Assembly: GCF_963921235.1 (NCBI RefSeq)
Contig: NC_086097.1
Span: 165,790,001 to 165,854,000, forward strand
DNA length: 64,000 nucleotides
Origin: Mobula hypostoma
Taxonomy: Eukaryota
Reading direction: 5' to 3'
Under the pieces are notes generated by a model that was not told the DNA's origin, made no database searches, and saw only the letters and a program-made list of their open reading frames with translations. A program made the translations under genes and the position numbers. Below, in pieces: positions 12,115 to 24,506 of this stretch. Within the stretch, counting starts at the first letter, position 1. Each line of letters starts with the position of its first letter.

Positions 12115-12535
12115 CACTCAGTGGCCACTTAGTAGGTACAGGAGTGGAACCCAGTGCAGTCTTTGGCTGCTGTATCCCCTCCACTTCGAGTTTTGTTGTG
12201 TTGTGCATTCAGAGATGCTCTACTGCACACCACTGTTATAACGAGTGGTTATTTGAGTTTCTATCACCTTCCTGTCAGCTTGAACCAGTCTGGCCATTCT
12301 CTTCTGACCTCACTCATTAACAAAGCATTTTATGCCCACATATCTGTCCCTCATCAGATGATTTTTTTTTTGGTTTTCTCACTATTCTCTGTAAACTCCA
12401 GAGAACATTTGTGCATAAAAATCCCAAGAGATCAGTAGTTTCTGAGACGCTCAAACCACCTTGTCTGGCACCAAAAATCATTCCACTGTCAAAATCACTT
12501 AGATCACATTTCTTAACCATTCTGATATTTGGTCT
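12115..12535 (-). mobile_element. Tc1-like transposon relic (one TIR plus transposase N-terminal HTH)
   Basis: Terminal CACTCAGTGGCCACTT..TAGGTACA. Minus-strand peptide MVKKCDLSDFDSGMIFGARQGGLSVSETTDLLGF resembles the paired-like N-terminus of Tc1 transposases. It is inserted in the 3' end of a Rex1-like relic. Confidence 0.7.
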
Positions 12536-14380
12536 TGTTTTGTGGCAGCAGCGCAATGCAAGACATAAATAAGTTATAATATAAAAAATAAGTGACAGGA
12601 GGAATAACATGGTAGTGTTCATAGACCATTCATAAATCTGATGGCAAAGCAGAAGAAAACATTCGGTGTGAGTCTTCATTTCTCTGTACCTCTTCCCCGA
12701 TGATGGTACTGAAAAGAGAGTGTATCCTGGATCTTGAAGGCCCATAATGATGGATGCTGCCTTCCTGAGTCAGCACCTTTTGAAGATGTCCTTAATGGCA
12801 GGGAGGCTTATGCCCGTGATGGAGTTGCCTGAGTCTACAACCCTCTGCAGCCTCTCTAGATCTTGTACATTGCAGCTTGCATATCAGGAGGTATGGAGTT
12901 TGTACATTGCAGCTTGCATACCAGGAGGTATGGAGTTTGTACATTGCGGCTTGCATACCAGGAGGTATGGAGTTTGTACATTGCAGCTTGCATACCAGGA
13001 GGTATGGAGTTTGTACATTGCGGCTTGCATACCAGGAGGTATGGAGTTTGTACATTGCGGCTTGCGTACCAGGAGGTATGGAGTTTGTACATTGTGGCTT
13101 GCGTACCAGGAGGTATGGAGTTTGTACATTGCAGCTTGCATACCAGGAGGTATGGAGTTTGTACATTGCAGCTTGCATACCAGGAGGTATGGAGTTTGTA
13201 CATTGCGGCTTGCGTACCAGGAGGTATGGAGTTTGTACATTGCGGCTTGCGTACCAGGAGGTATGGAGTTTGTACATTGCGGCTTGCGTACCAGGAGGTA
13301 TGGAGTTTGTACATTGCGGCTTGCGTACCAGGAGGTATGGAGTTTGTACATTGCGGCTTGCGTACCAGGAGGTATGGAGTTTGTACATTGCGGCTTGCGT
13401 ACCAGGAGGTATGGAGTTTGTACATTGCGGCTTGCGTACCAGGAGGTATGGAGTTTGTACATTGCGGCTTGCGTACCAGGAGGTATGGAGTTTGTACATT
13501 GCGGCTTGCGTACCAGGAGGTATGGAGTTTGTACATTGCGGCTTGCGTACCAGGAGGTATGGAGTTTGTACATTGCGGCTTGCGTACCAGGAGGTATGGA
13601 GTTTGTACATTGCGGCTTGCGTACCAGGAGGTATGGAGTTTGTACATTGCGGCTTGCGTACCAGGAGGTATGGAGTTTGTACATTGCGGCTTGCGTACCA
13701 GGAGGTATGGAGTTTGTACATTGCGGCTTGCGTACCAGGAGGTATGGAGTTTGTACATTGCGGCTTGCGTACCAGGAGGTATGGAGTTTGTACATTGCGG
13801 CTTGCGTACCAGGAGGTATGGAGTTTGTACATTGCGGCTTGCGTACCAGGAGGTATGGAGTTTGTACATTGCGGCTTGCGTACCAGGAGGTATGGAGTTT
13901 GTACATTGCGGCTTGCGTACCAGGAGGTATGGAGTTTGTACATTGCGGCTTGCGTACCAGGAGGTATGGAGTTTGCAAAATGATGACAAACTTACATAGA
14001 TACACAATGGAGAATATTCTGACTAGTTCTATCACAGTCTGGTACAGACACACCAGCGCCTAAGAATAGAAAAGCCTACAAAAATTGGTGGATGCAGCCC
14101 ACTCCATCACAGGCGAAGACCTCACCACCTTTGCGCACACCTACAAGGAGCACTGCCATAAAAAAGCATATCCATCATCAAGGACCCCCATCACCCAGGC
14201 CATGCTCTCTTCTCCTTACTGCCATTGGGAAGGATGTACAGGAGCCTTAGGTTCCCCCCCCCCCCCACCAGGTTTAGGAACAGTTACTACCCTTCAATGT
14301 CAGGCTTCTGAACCAGTGTGGATAATTTCATTCACCTCAACTCTGAACTGATTCCACAATTTATGGATTCACTTTCATAA
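12536..14380. mobile_element. Two divergently oriented Rex1/Babar-like 3' fragments (minus on the left, plus on the right) joined through the minisatellite
   Basis: The left part resembles the minus-strand relic at 995-1400. The right part translates YTMENILTSSITVWY...LVDAAHSITG...HPGHAL on the + strand. Confidence 0.6.
12863..13975. repeat. 37-bp minisatellite, 30 tandem copies
   Basis: Unit TTGTACATTGCGGCTTGCGTACCAGGAGGTATGGAGT. The array is 1113 bp, i.e. 30 units plus 3 bp, with no spacers. Copies 10-30 are identical and the variants are confined to copies 1-9. Confidence 0.98.
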
Positions 14381-14671
14381 GTCCATTAGACATAGGAGCA
14401 GAATTAGGCCACAATTTAATCTTGGCTGATTTATTATCCCTCTCAACCCAATTCTCCTGCCTTCTCTTCATAACCTTTGACACCTTTACTAATTAAGAAC
14501 CTATCAATCTCTGCTTTAACTCTCTAATCAAGGACTCTGCAATTCATGATCTCAGTTCTATCTATTTGTTTGCAAACAACGGGAATTCTGCAGATGCTGG
14601 AAATTCAAGCAACACACATCAAAGTTGCTGGTGAACGCAGCAGGCCAGGCAGCATCTGTAGGAAGCGGTGC

Positions 14672-14707
14672 AGTCGACGTTTCAGGCCGAGACACTTCGT
14701 CAGGACT
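14672..14707 (-). ncRNA. Minimal type I hammerhead ribozyme motif in the PLE terminal repeat
   Basis: The minus strand reads AGUC-CUGACGA-AGUGUCUCGGCCU-GAAAC-GUC-GACU: helix I AGUC/GACU, CUGANGA and GAAA core, palindromic ACGU helix III, and a GUC cleavage triplet. Confidence 0.8.
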
Positions 14708-15005
14708 AACAGAAGGAAGAGTGAGTAAGGGATTTGAAAGTTGGAGGAGGAGGGGGAGATCCAAAATGATAGGAGAAGACAGGAGGGGGAGGGATAGAGC
14801 CGAGAGCTGGACAGGTGATAGGCAAAAGGGGATACGAGAGGATCATGCGACAGGAGGTCCGGGAAGAAAGACGGGGGGGTGGAGGGGGACCCAGAGGATG
14901 GGCAAGAGGTATATTCAGAGGGACAGAGGGAGAAAAAAGAGAGTGAGAGAAAGAATGTGTGCATAAAAATAAGTAACAGATGGAGTACGAGGGGGAGGTG
15001 GGGCC

Positions 15006-16360
15006 TTAGCGGAAGTTAGAGAAGTCGATGTTCATACCATCAGGTTGGAGGCTACCCAGACGGAATATAAGGTGTTGTTCCTCCAACCTGAGTGTGGCTT
15101 CATCTTTACAGTAGAGGAGGCCGTGGATAGACATGTCAGAATGGGAATGGGATGTGGAATTAAAATGTGTGGCCACTGGGAGATCCTGCTTTCTCTGGCA
15201 GACAGAGCGTAGATGTTCAGCAAAGCGGTCTCCCAGTCTGCGTCGGGTCTCGCCAATATATAAAAGGCCACATCGGGAGCACCGGACGCAGTATATCACC
15301 CCAGTCGACTCACAGGTGAAGTGTTGCCTCACCTGGAAGGACTGTTTGGGGCCCTGAATGGTGGTAAGGGAGGAAGTGTAAGGGCATGTGTAGCAATTGT
15401 TCCGCTTACACGGATAAGTGCCAGGAGGGAGATCAGTGGGGAGGGATGGGGGGTACGAATGGACAAGGGAGTTGTGTAGGGAGCGATCCCTGCGGAATGC
15501 AGAGAGAGGTGGGGAGGGAAAGATGTGCTTAGTGGTGGGATCCCGTTGGAGGTGGCGGAAGTTACGGAGAATAATATGTTGGACCCGGAGGTTGGTGGGG
15601 TGGTAGGTGAGGACCAGGGGAACCCTATTCCTAGTGGGGTGGCGGGAGGATGGAGTGAGAGCAGATGTACGTGAAATGGGGGAGATGCATTTAAGAGCAG
15701 AGTTGATAGTGGAGGAAGGGAAGCCCCTTTCTTTAAAAAAGGAAGACATCTCCCTCGTCCTAGAATGAAGAGCCTCATCCTGAGAGCAGATGCGGCGGAG
15801 ACGGAGGAATTGCGAGAAGGGGATGGCGTTTTTGCAAGAGACAGGGTGAGAAGAGGAATAGTCCAGATAGCTGTGAGAGTCAGTAGGCTTATAGCAGACA
15901 TCAGTGGATAAGCTGTCTCCAGAGACAGAGACAGAAAGATCTAGAAAGGGGAGGGAGGTGTGGGAAATGGACCAGGTAAACCTGAGGGCAGGGTGAAAGT
16001 TGGAGGCAAAGTTAATAAAGTCAACGAGTTCTGCATGCGTGCAGGAAGTAGCGCCAATGCAGTCGTCGATGTAGCGAAGGAAAAGTAGGGGACAGATACC
16101 AGAATAGGCACGGAACATAGGTTGTTCCACAAACCCAACAAAAAGGCAGGCATAGCTAGGACCCATAAGGGTGCCCATAGCTACACCTTTAGTTTGGAGG
16201 AAGTGGGAGGAGCCAAAGGAGAAATTATTAAGAGTAAGGACTAATTCCGCTAGACGGAGCAGAGTGGTGGTAGAGGGGAACTGATTAGGTCTGGAATCCA
16301 AAAAGAAGCGTAGAGCTTTGAGACCTTCCTGATGGGGGATGGAAGTATATAAGGACTGGA
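15006..16360 (-). CDS. Penelope-like ORF fragment: reverse transcriptase (from motif A onward), Cys-rich linker and GIY-YIG endonuclease
   Basis: RT motifs VQSLYTSIP, GVAMGT.MGPSYA, RYIDD, FLD. Linker CKRNNCYTC. GIY-YIG motifs VIYCVRC..CGLLYIGET...RFAEH and EEQHLI..LGSLQPDGMN. No stops from the inversion junction to the stop codon. Confidence 0.92.
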
Positions 16361-17124
16361 CAACTCCCTTGTCCATTCGTCCCCCCCATCCCTCCCCACT
16401 GATCTCCCTCCTGGCACTTATCCGTGTAAGCGGAACAAGTGCTACACATGCCCTTACACTTCCTCCCTTACCACCATTCAGGGCCCCAAACAGTTCTTCC
16501 AGGTGAGGCAACACTTCACCTGTGAGTCGACTGGGGTAATATACTGCGTCTGGTGATCCCGATGTGGCCTTTTATATATTGGCGAGACCCGACGCAGACT
16601 GGGAGACCGCTTTGCTGAACATCTACGCTCTGTCCGCCAGAGAAAGCAGGATCTCCCAGTGGCCACACATTTTAATTCCACATCCCATTCCCATTCTGAC
16701 ATGTCTATCCACGGCCTCCTCTACTGTAAAGATGAAGCCACACTCAGGTTGGAGGAACAACACCTTATAGTCCGTCTGGGTAGCCTCCAACCTGATGGCA
16801 TGAACATCGACTTCTCTAACTTCCGCTAAGGCCCCACCTCTCCCTCGTACCCCATCTGTTACTTATTTTTATGCACACATTCTTTCTCTCACTCTCTTTT
16901 TTCTCCCTCTGTCCCTCTGAATATACCTCTTGCCCATCCTCTGGGTCCCCCCTCCCCCCGTCTTTCTTCCCGGACCTCCTGTCCCATAATCCTCTCGTAT
17001 CCCCTTTTGCCTATCACCTGTCCAGCTCTTGGCTCTATCCCTCCCCCTCCTGTCTTCTCCTATCATTTTGGATCTCCCCCTCCCCCTCCAACTTTCAAAT
17101 CCCTTACTCACTCTTCCTTCTGTT

Positions 17125-17160
17125 AGTCCTGACGAAGTGTCTCGGCCTGAAACGTCGACT
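17125..17160 (+). ncRNA. Minimal type I hammerhead ribozyme motif (inverted copy)
   Basis: AGTC CTGACGA AGTGTCTCGGCCT GAAAC GTC GACT, the exact reverse complement of 14672-14707. Confidence 0.8.
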
Positions 17161-18349
17161 GCACCTCTTCCTACAGATGCTGCCTGGCCTGCTGCGTTCA
17201 CCAGCAACTTTGATGTGCGTTGCTATCTATTTGTTTGTTTGCTTATTTATCTATTTACACAGTTTATCTTCTTTTGCACATCAGTTGTCTATCAGTCTTT
17301 GTGTTTAGGTTTTCATTGATTCTATTGTATTTCCCAGTTCTACTATGAATCCCTGCAAGAAAATGAATCACAAGTGAGTATCTGGTGATATTTACGTAAT
17401 TTGATAATAAATTGGCTTTTACTTTGGCTTTTTTAATGCAATCAGTCAAAATGCTCTCCACGGTACATCTGTAAAAATTTGTTAGAGTCTTTAGTGACAT
17501 ACCAAAATATAATATGTGATTTGGCCATTAAAATTGTAAATGAGTCCAGATTTTATGAATGCATATCCTTTCCTTAGCAGGTTTTAGGTAAGTTTACTAT
17601 GGGGGCATCTACTTAAGCTCATTAAAATGCTATTTTGCCTACAAACAAGCTAATTTTTGAATGCGCCTTTGTGAATCAACCTTCCTAGCATTTCAGAAAG
17701 ATAAACTAATGTTGCTAACGTCAACTCTTCCTGTTTTATAGGACAGTCAGATTAAGAATCAGGTTTATTATCACCGGCATGTGATGTGAAATTTGTTAAG
17801 TAGGCAAACATTCAACATACAATTAACACTCCATGTTATGGAAGTAGACATAATTAAACCTAATTAGTTATTTCAAACACTCTTCATTAAGCTGCTTTAT
17901 GACATATTTTGCAGCGTGCCATTTTCATTCTGGCATATGGAATTATTCCAATAGGATTTGTCAGTAGATTTCTTTCTGCTGTGTCAGGAATCAAGGTAAT
18001 TACACAAACATCTCATGTTCACATCCATTTAGATTACTTATTGAAGCATATATAACAATCTACAACATGATTTAGACAGTTTGAAGATTAGACTGACTAC
18101 TAGCAGGTCTATTTATATCTATGGGTCAGAGGAAATTTTCACTCCAGCATGGAAAGACTGAACAATGTACCACGATCTTATATAGGATGAGCATCCAAAA
18201 GTCTCAGAACATCAACATTCTTGAAGAACGTGAAGCAAAGTATCTCATTTCCTAATATGTCAAAGACTCTCCACTATATTTTGGAATGGTTTTGGGATCA
18301 CTTCTTTTCATGTTATATAGTTTGTGAATGATCTGGATGACTTTTTGTT

Positions 18350-19262
18350 GGCTTTGTGGCCAAGTTTGCAGATGATACAAAGATAGGTGGAGGTGCAGAC
18401 AGTGTTGAAGAAGCAGGGAGTCTACAAAAGCACTCAAACAGGGTTGGAGAATGAGCAGATGGAATACAATGTAGGGAAGTGTAAGGTTTTGGTCGAAGGA
18501 CTAAAATGTAGACTATTTTCTAAACAAGGAGCAAATTCAGAAATCGGAGGTGTAAATGGACTTGTGAGTCCAAGGGCAGGATTTCCTATAGTTTAACCTG
18601 CAGGTTGAGTCAATGGTAAGAAAAGTAAATGCAATGTTAGCATTCATTTTGAAAGGGCTAGAATTTAAGAGCAAGGATATAATGCTGAGGCTTTATAAGG
18701 CATTACTCGGTCTGCATTTGGAGTATTGTGTGCAGTGTGGGCCTCTTAGCTAAGAAAAAATGTGCTGGCATTGGAGAGAGTCCAGAGGAGCTTCACAAGA
18801 ATGATCCTGGGAATGAAAGGGTTAACATATGAGTAGCATTTGATGGCTCTGGGCCTGAATTTTCTGGAGTTCAGAAGAATGTGGGGGATCTCATTGAAAC
18901 GTATCAAATATTGAAAGGCCTAGACAGAGTGGATGTTTCCCAAAGTGGGAGAGTCCAGCACCAGAGTACCCAGACTCAGAATACAAGGATGTCCTTCAGA
19001 ACAGAGATGAGGAGGAATTTCTTCAGCCAGAGGGTGGTGAATCTGTGGAATTCATTGCCACAGATTGCTGTGGAGACCAAATAACAGAGTATATTTAAGG
19101 CAGAGGTTGATTGGTTCTTGATCAGTAAAGGCATCAAAGATTATAGGGAGAAGGCAGGAGAATCAGGTTGAGGGGGATAATAAACCAGCCATGATGGAAT
19201 GGCGGAGCAGACTCGATGGGCTGAAAGGCCTGATTCTGCTCCTATGTCTTATGGTCTATGTT
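18350..19262 (+). mobile_element. Degraded CR1 LINE 3' fragment (RT C-terminal half and 3' UTR)
   Basis: Starts near KFADDTKIGG, then GDLIETYQILKGLDRVD and FRTEMRRNFFSQRVVNLWNSLP. Contains frameshifts and stops, and ends in a CTTATGGT-type tail. Confidence 0.8.
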
Positions 19263-19549
19263 CTTATCTACAACTCTTTGAATAGTGGATACACATGATT
19301 AAAACACAGATTATCCAGAACAGTGTTAATTAGTTGGTCTGCGCACTGATGTCAATGACCCTGTGTTTGGGTTCAATAGTGGATGAATGGTACTGATTAA
19401 GATTAGCTTTATTTGTCACATGTACATCGATGCATTGAAACATGTAGTGAAATGCATCATTTGCACCAAGTCGTATCAGTGAGGAGTGTGCTGAGGGCAG
19501 CCCACGAGTGTTGCCGGCTTCTGGTACCAATGTAGCATGTCCATAACTC

Positions 19550-19720
19550 ACTAACTCTAACCATACATCTTTGGAATGTGGGAGGAAATCAGAGCACTTG
19601 GAGAAAACTCATATAGCCATGGGGAGAATGCACACACTTCTTACAGACAGCCTTGGGGATTGAACCCCAATTGATGATTGATGGGGCTATAAAGCAATTA
19701 CACCAACCACTATGCCATTG
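19550..19720 (-). mobile_element. tRNA-derived V-SINE-like element, degraded
   Basis: The + strand block TCTTTGGAATGTGGGAGGAAATCAGAGCACTTGGAGAAAACTCA...GGGGAGAATG...GATTGAACCC is the reverse complement of a B-box plus V-domain core. Related to 48030-48265. Confidence 0.6.
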
Positions 19721-22700
19721 AGCTGCTGTGGTATTGTGCTACTGTGTGACTGGCAGTTTATTATCCTTTCATTGCCCTTCGGGAACAAGTGCATGACAAA
19801 GTAGTGTCAATGGGAGTTGGATATTATGCAATGCTCTCAATGGGCAACTTGAGGCCCCTGGGAACAGGACAAGCAAAAGCATGCCTCTTCAATCAATTGG
19901 AGAATCTTTCATAAGACTTACAGAGTCTGAGTTAGCAAGTGAAAGTTAAAATATTTAATTCAATTTAAATTCAAATTTTAAAAAGCAAAATAAAGACAAG
20001 GAATGAAAGATTGAATTGGGAGAGAAGGGACAGAACAGAATGAGGAATTAAACTTAAGAAGCAGCTGAGATTGATCAACAACTTCTGTATTTTATAATAT
20101 AAAAACATGAAAAGAGAGGTCAATGTAGGCCATTCACTTCTTGCAAATACTCTGCCATTCAATACTAGATATAGTAAAAGTTTTCAGGGAAGACAACATC
20201 CAGGGTGCAGTTCTGAAGTTGTGGTCTGCAGAATTAGTTGTTCCTCTAACTGCAGCAGTTCAAGAAGTTCCAACTACATTTGAAGAGCAGTCAATGATGG
20301 GACATAAATGCTACCCTTACACTGTGATCTCAAAAATAAATTAAGAAGTTTAAAAAACCGGGAGATTTGACTCAGCAGTGTCAGAATTGACCACAACTTA
20401 TTCAATCCCCTTTCAAAGTCTACCAAGGTTGCTTAAGTTAACATTGAATGTATTCTCGAGTGCTTTTCTGTTGTTGTACTCTTACAAAAAGTACTTCAAT
20501 AATGTCACAATGAGCAGCACTCCAGTCCTAGAGGCTTTATTTTAGCTTGTGATGGGTCTGGGCCATTGGGTCAAGATGCAAAAGTATGCCCATCAATAAG
20601 GAACTTACTCTCAGGGAATTCTCAGGGACATAGCACTTTGTCTCGACCACTAATGAGTTATGTGTTTGCAGGCATAACTATTCCAGAATGTAGCACATGA
20701 CATTTAGTCAGATAACCTACAGTTATATTCTTGTGTTTGGAATGCTCACATTATGAGGTCAAGACTATGTTGACTTTCAGCTTTCCAAGTGCCCACAGCA
20801 GATCTTTGCATAATTGCTGCTCACTGAGAAGCAAATCTGAGAAGGTGCCCAAACAACATATTTGTAATCCATCTGGGGAAATACAACAAACTAATGAAAT
20901 ATACAATAAATACAGGTGAAGTAGAGGAAGAGGTGGACCATAGTGTGATTGTCCACATTTCCTTATCGGTAGGAGGATAGGCTAATAAGATGTTTTAAAA
21001 AGTTACATTATTCTGTCCTTCCTTTGTTAACTATAAATTGTGCCTCTTTCTCATTCACTCCCCCTTGTTTTTGATTGGGATAGACTCTTGCTGAACATTA
21101 TAGACCAGGGTTTGAATATCTGCCATTGTTTATCTACTGACATCTGTTAGCTTACTTACCCAGAACATCTTAGGTAAGTCCTCTCACATGCCATTATGAC
21201 TGAAGACACTGATTATGCACCAATGGTGCTTTCTTTCTCAAACTGCATTTGGAATTCTATCATATTGTAGTCACTACCCCCTAGGGGTCTTTAACCAGAA
21301 AGTTGCTTATAAGATCAGCGATGGATCTGTAACAATAAGGGATACCCTTAAACGCTGGCTTAAGATGGTGCTGGTGAAACCCAGCGACTACTTACGGCAG
21401 CAAAGAGTACAACTAAATACTTTATTAATAGCACTTCTTCTTGGAATATTTATGATAAATGATCACCACAAACAACGGAGAAGCAAGCGAAGGCGAGGCT
21501 GAGTCGAGGGTCAAAGCATGAGAATGCAAGGTGAAGTCGAGGTGAGGTCTAGGCATATTTGATGCAAAGTTGGGGTGACTGGAGCAGAGCAAAGTCGAGG
21601 CAGAGAAGAGGCATATTCGAGGCCCGTCCACCTAAACTGAGAGCAAGATTTGCTCAATCTAAGCACTGACTGATTTGGAAATGTTGGGCACAGGCTGAAA
21701 TATGGCAATGGGGTCCAGACCCAGAGCATATCAATGCAACAGGGCCTAGGTCCTATTGTGAGGAGCGACCAGATGTTTGGACAATTTAAACACCGGGCTA
21801 GATGGATTGAAAAGGCATTGTGTTGGGACAGGAGGCAAGGATCAGGCCGGTTCTACTTGCTGTTCCATGGTGTTTACTCTGCTCGGCGCTGAACTGAGGC
21901 TGAGACTGTGGCCTGCTCTGGGCTTCGTGTCTATGGACTCACTTTTATTCTGAATGCTAATTGCTTACTTTTATTGTTTGCACAAATTGTTCTTTTCTCT
22001 CTCTACACACTGGGTGTTTGATGGTCTTTTTTCAATGGGTTCTTTTGGGTTTCTTTGTCTTGTGCCTGCCTGTAAGGAGATGAATCTGTAAGGGTTGTAT
22101 AATGTACACATACTTTGATAAAAAATGTACATTGAACTTTGAACTTTTACTCCATGGCTCTTTACAATAGCAGGCTCTCCATTTCCGGATCTCGGTGCAG
22201 GTACAAAGAGCTACTTAAGGGCCAGAATAATTTTGGGAAATGGCCTTGTACATGTGGAAAGTTCACTGTTGTGTACTGAATATTGTACAAACTCAATAGA
22301 CTAAAGCCAGTAGCTTATGGCAGAGGAGGAACAGGAGACAAAAAATTGCAGATACTAGAATCTGGAGCAAAAGCCACAAATGGCAGGAGAGGCTCAACAG
22401 GTCAGGCAGCATCTGGAGGGAAATGGAAAAGGTGAAGCAGTGGCTTCTCAGATGAAGGGTCTTGACCTGATATGTTGTCTGTAATGGAGTCATAAAGTCA
22501 TAGAGTACACAACACAGAAACAGGCTCTTTGGCTCATCTAGTCCATGCTGACCTGATCTTCTGCCTAGTCCCAGCTACCTGAACCTGGACCATATGGCTC
22601 AAAATACCTCTTATTATTGTAACTATCCAAACTTCTTTTAAATGTTACAATAAATCCCAGATCTACCACTTCCACTGGCAACTGATTCCACACTTGCCCC

Positions 22701-24404
22701 ACCCTCTGAGTGAAGATGTTTCCCTTCTGATTCCTTTAACTATTTCACCTTTCACCCTAAACCTATGACCTCTAGACTGAGGGGTTAAGCCTACATGCAT
22801 TCACCCCATCTATACCCCTCATAATTTTTGGATACCACTATTAGATCTGCCCTCATTCTCCTGTGCTTCAGGGATGGCTAAAGGCCTGGGTCTATGTGTC
22901 TGAATTCCACTAGGAAAGTCTGTGTGTTGTGTGCATGGTTGGCTGGGTGTCATGGAGGAAAGGGGTTTGTTTCGCCATTGTTGTTTTGTTGGTTGTTCTG
23001 TTCTGTTTTGTCATATTTTGTGTTGTTCTGCCGAGCATTGAGGGCATGCTCTGTTAGTGCCGGGATGTGTGACGACACTTGTGGGCTGCCCCTTACATAT
23101 CCTCAGGCTGTGCTAGTTGTTAACAAAAATGATTCATTTCACTTTATACTTCGAGGCCCATGTGATAAATAAATGAATCTGAATAAAGTCCTAACCTATT
23201 CAACCATTCAGTATAGCTCGGGTCCTCAAGTCCAAGCAGCATCGTTGTAAATTTCCCTCCATAGTTACTGCCTGACCTGCTGAGTTCCTCCAGCAGTTTA
23301 TTTCTTGCTCCAGAGGAAGAACATAGTGAAGATATGGAGCTTGAGGGCCATAAGGCTAAGTCTGAGGAATGGCAGGATGAAGAAAACAGCAACAGCTCAG
23401 TTTGGACAGTCTCATATCTCAGCTAAGGGGAGGAGGAGATCATTTTTGGTGTGGTCTATAGGTAACTCGATAACAGAAAGATACTTTCTCTTAAAGAGGC
23501 AGCAGAATGAATCACCAACACAAATTATTGGAATTGGTGTTGGTTTATTATTGTCACATGGGCGAAGATACAATAAAAAGCTTGCCTTGCATATTGTTCA
23601 TACAGATCAGATCATTACACAATGCTTTGAAAAGATTATAATGGTGAGTAGATCTGCAGGGAGCAGCTTGCAATCAGTCACCACACTCAGGCAACATCGC
23701 GCATCAATCTTCTATTCTTTTTTGTTTCCATCTATTGCACAATATGTATCACAAATCTGTTATTTGTGTCTTAGAAAAGAATATGCTATTATTTTTGAAG
23801 CACAAGGTACAGCCAAAAATCATAACGTAAGAATGGACCAGGATTAATCAGTGGAGTCTATGGGTCTATTGGAGCTTCAATGAAAATGGGATTTGGAAAG
23901 ATTTATATAGAATTTAAAGCATAACATAACTAAGTGAGATTATCCACACTTCAATTGCTACCACTGTTATTGTTATATGTCTGTGATGCTGGAGCAAGTA
24001 AAATTTTCATTGCAGCCATGCATACGACAATAAACTCAATTTTTACTTTTGACTTTGACATTGTAAATGAATAATCCAGCAGAGGAGCACAGATGGAAAG
24101 TAAAAATTCCATACATTCTCTTTTTTTGGGGGCATAGATCTCTGCTCCAATTATTTAATAAGCCTACATTTTCTGTACTTTCCCATGATGGGCACTTCAC
24201 TTGAGGAACTTAATCCACACTTAAAATACATTTTTCTGTGAGGATCCCCATTCTACAGGTATAAACAGTAGTCTGCAGATCCCCAAGGTGTAAGTAACAA
24301 TAAGAAGAATTGTCTTTTCACACTGTTGCTTTGTGCAGAGATTTTCATTCCTAGGGGAAACTGCCAAAAGCCTCTCTCTGAGCTCTTCCTGAGCATTCAG
24401 GCCT

Positions 24405-24436
<32 letters not shown>

Positions 24437-24506
24437 TTTAAATCTTTTTATTGATTTTCCAAAATTGTAAACAGAATAACAATATTGATACAGAGAGATT
24501 GGAATA

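Larger units (their letters stand above)
14573..17224 (-). mobile_element. Penelope-like retroelement (Neptune-type), 5'-truncated, with an inverted duplication of its 3' end
   Basis: RT plus GIY-YIG ORF. Inverted arms at 14608-15475 and 16360-17224, a unique 35-nt tail at 14573-14607, and TSD ATCTATTTGTTTG at 14560-14572 and 17225-17237. Confidence 0.95.

Noticed and set aside
12863..13975. CRISPR-like array (37-bp repeat length)
   Set aside because: Units are head-to-tail with no unique spacers, there are no cas genes, and the context is vertebrate.
12747..14063. Six long ORFs (368-438 aa) as real genes
   Set aside because: All are translations of the same stop-free 37-bp repeat, with no domain similarity or splice structure.
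16361..16514. N-terminal ~50 aa of the 502-aa ORF (15006-16514)
   Set aside because: It is antisense read-through of the inverted arm. The genuine PLE protein sequence starts at VQSLYT at the inversion junction.
23305..23847. 180-aa ORF
   Set aside because: Non-ATG start, spans fragments of different repeats, and has no recognisable domain.
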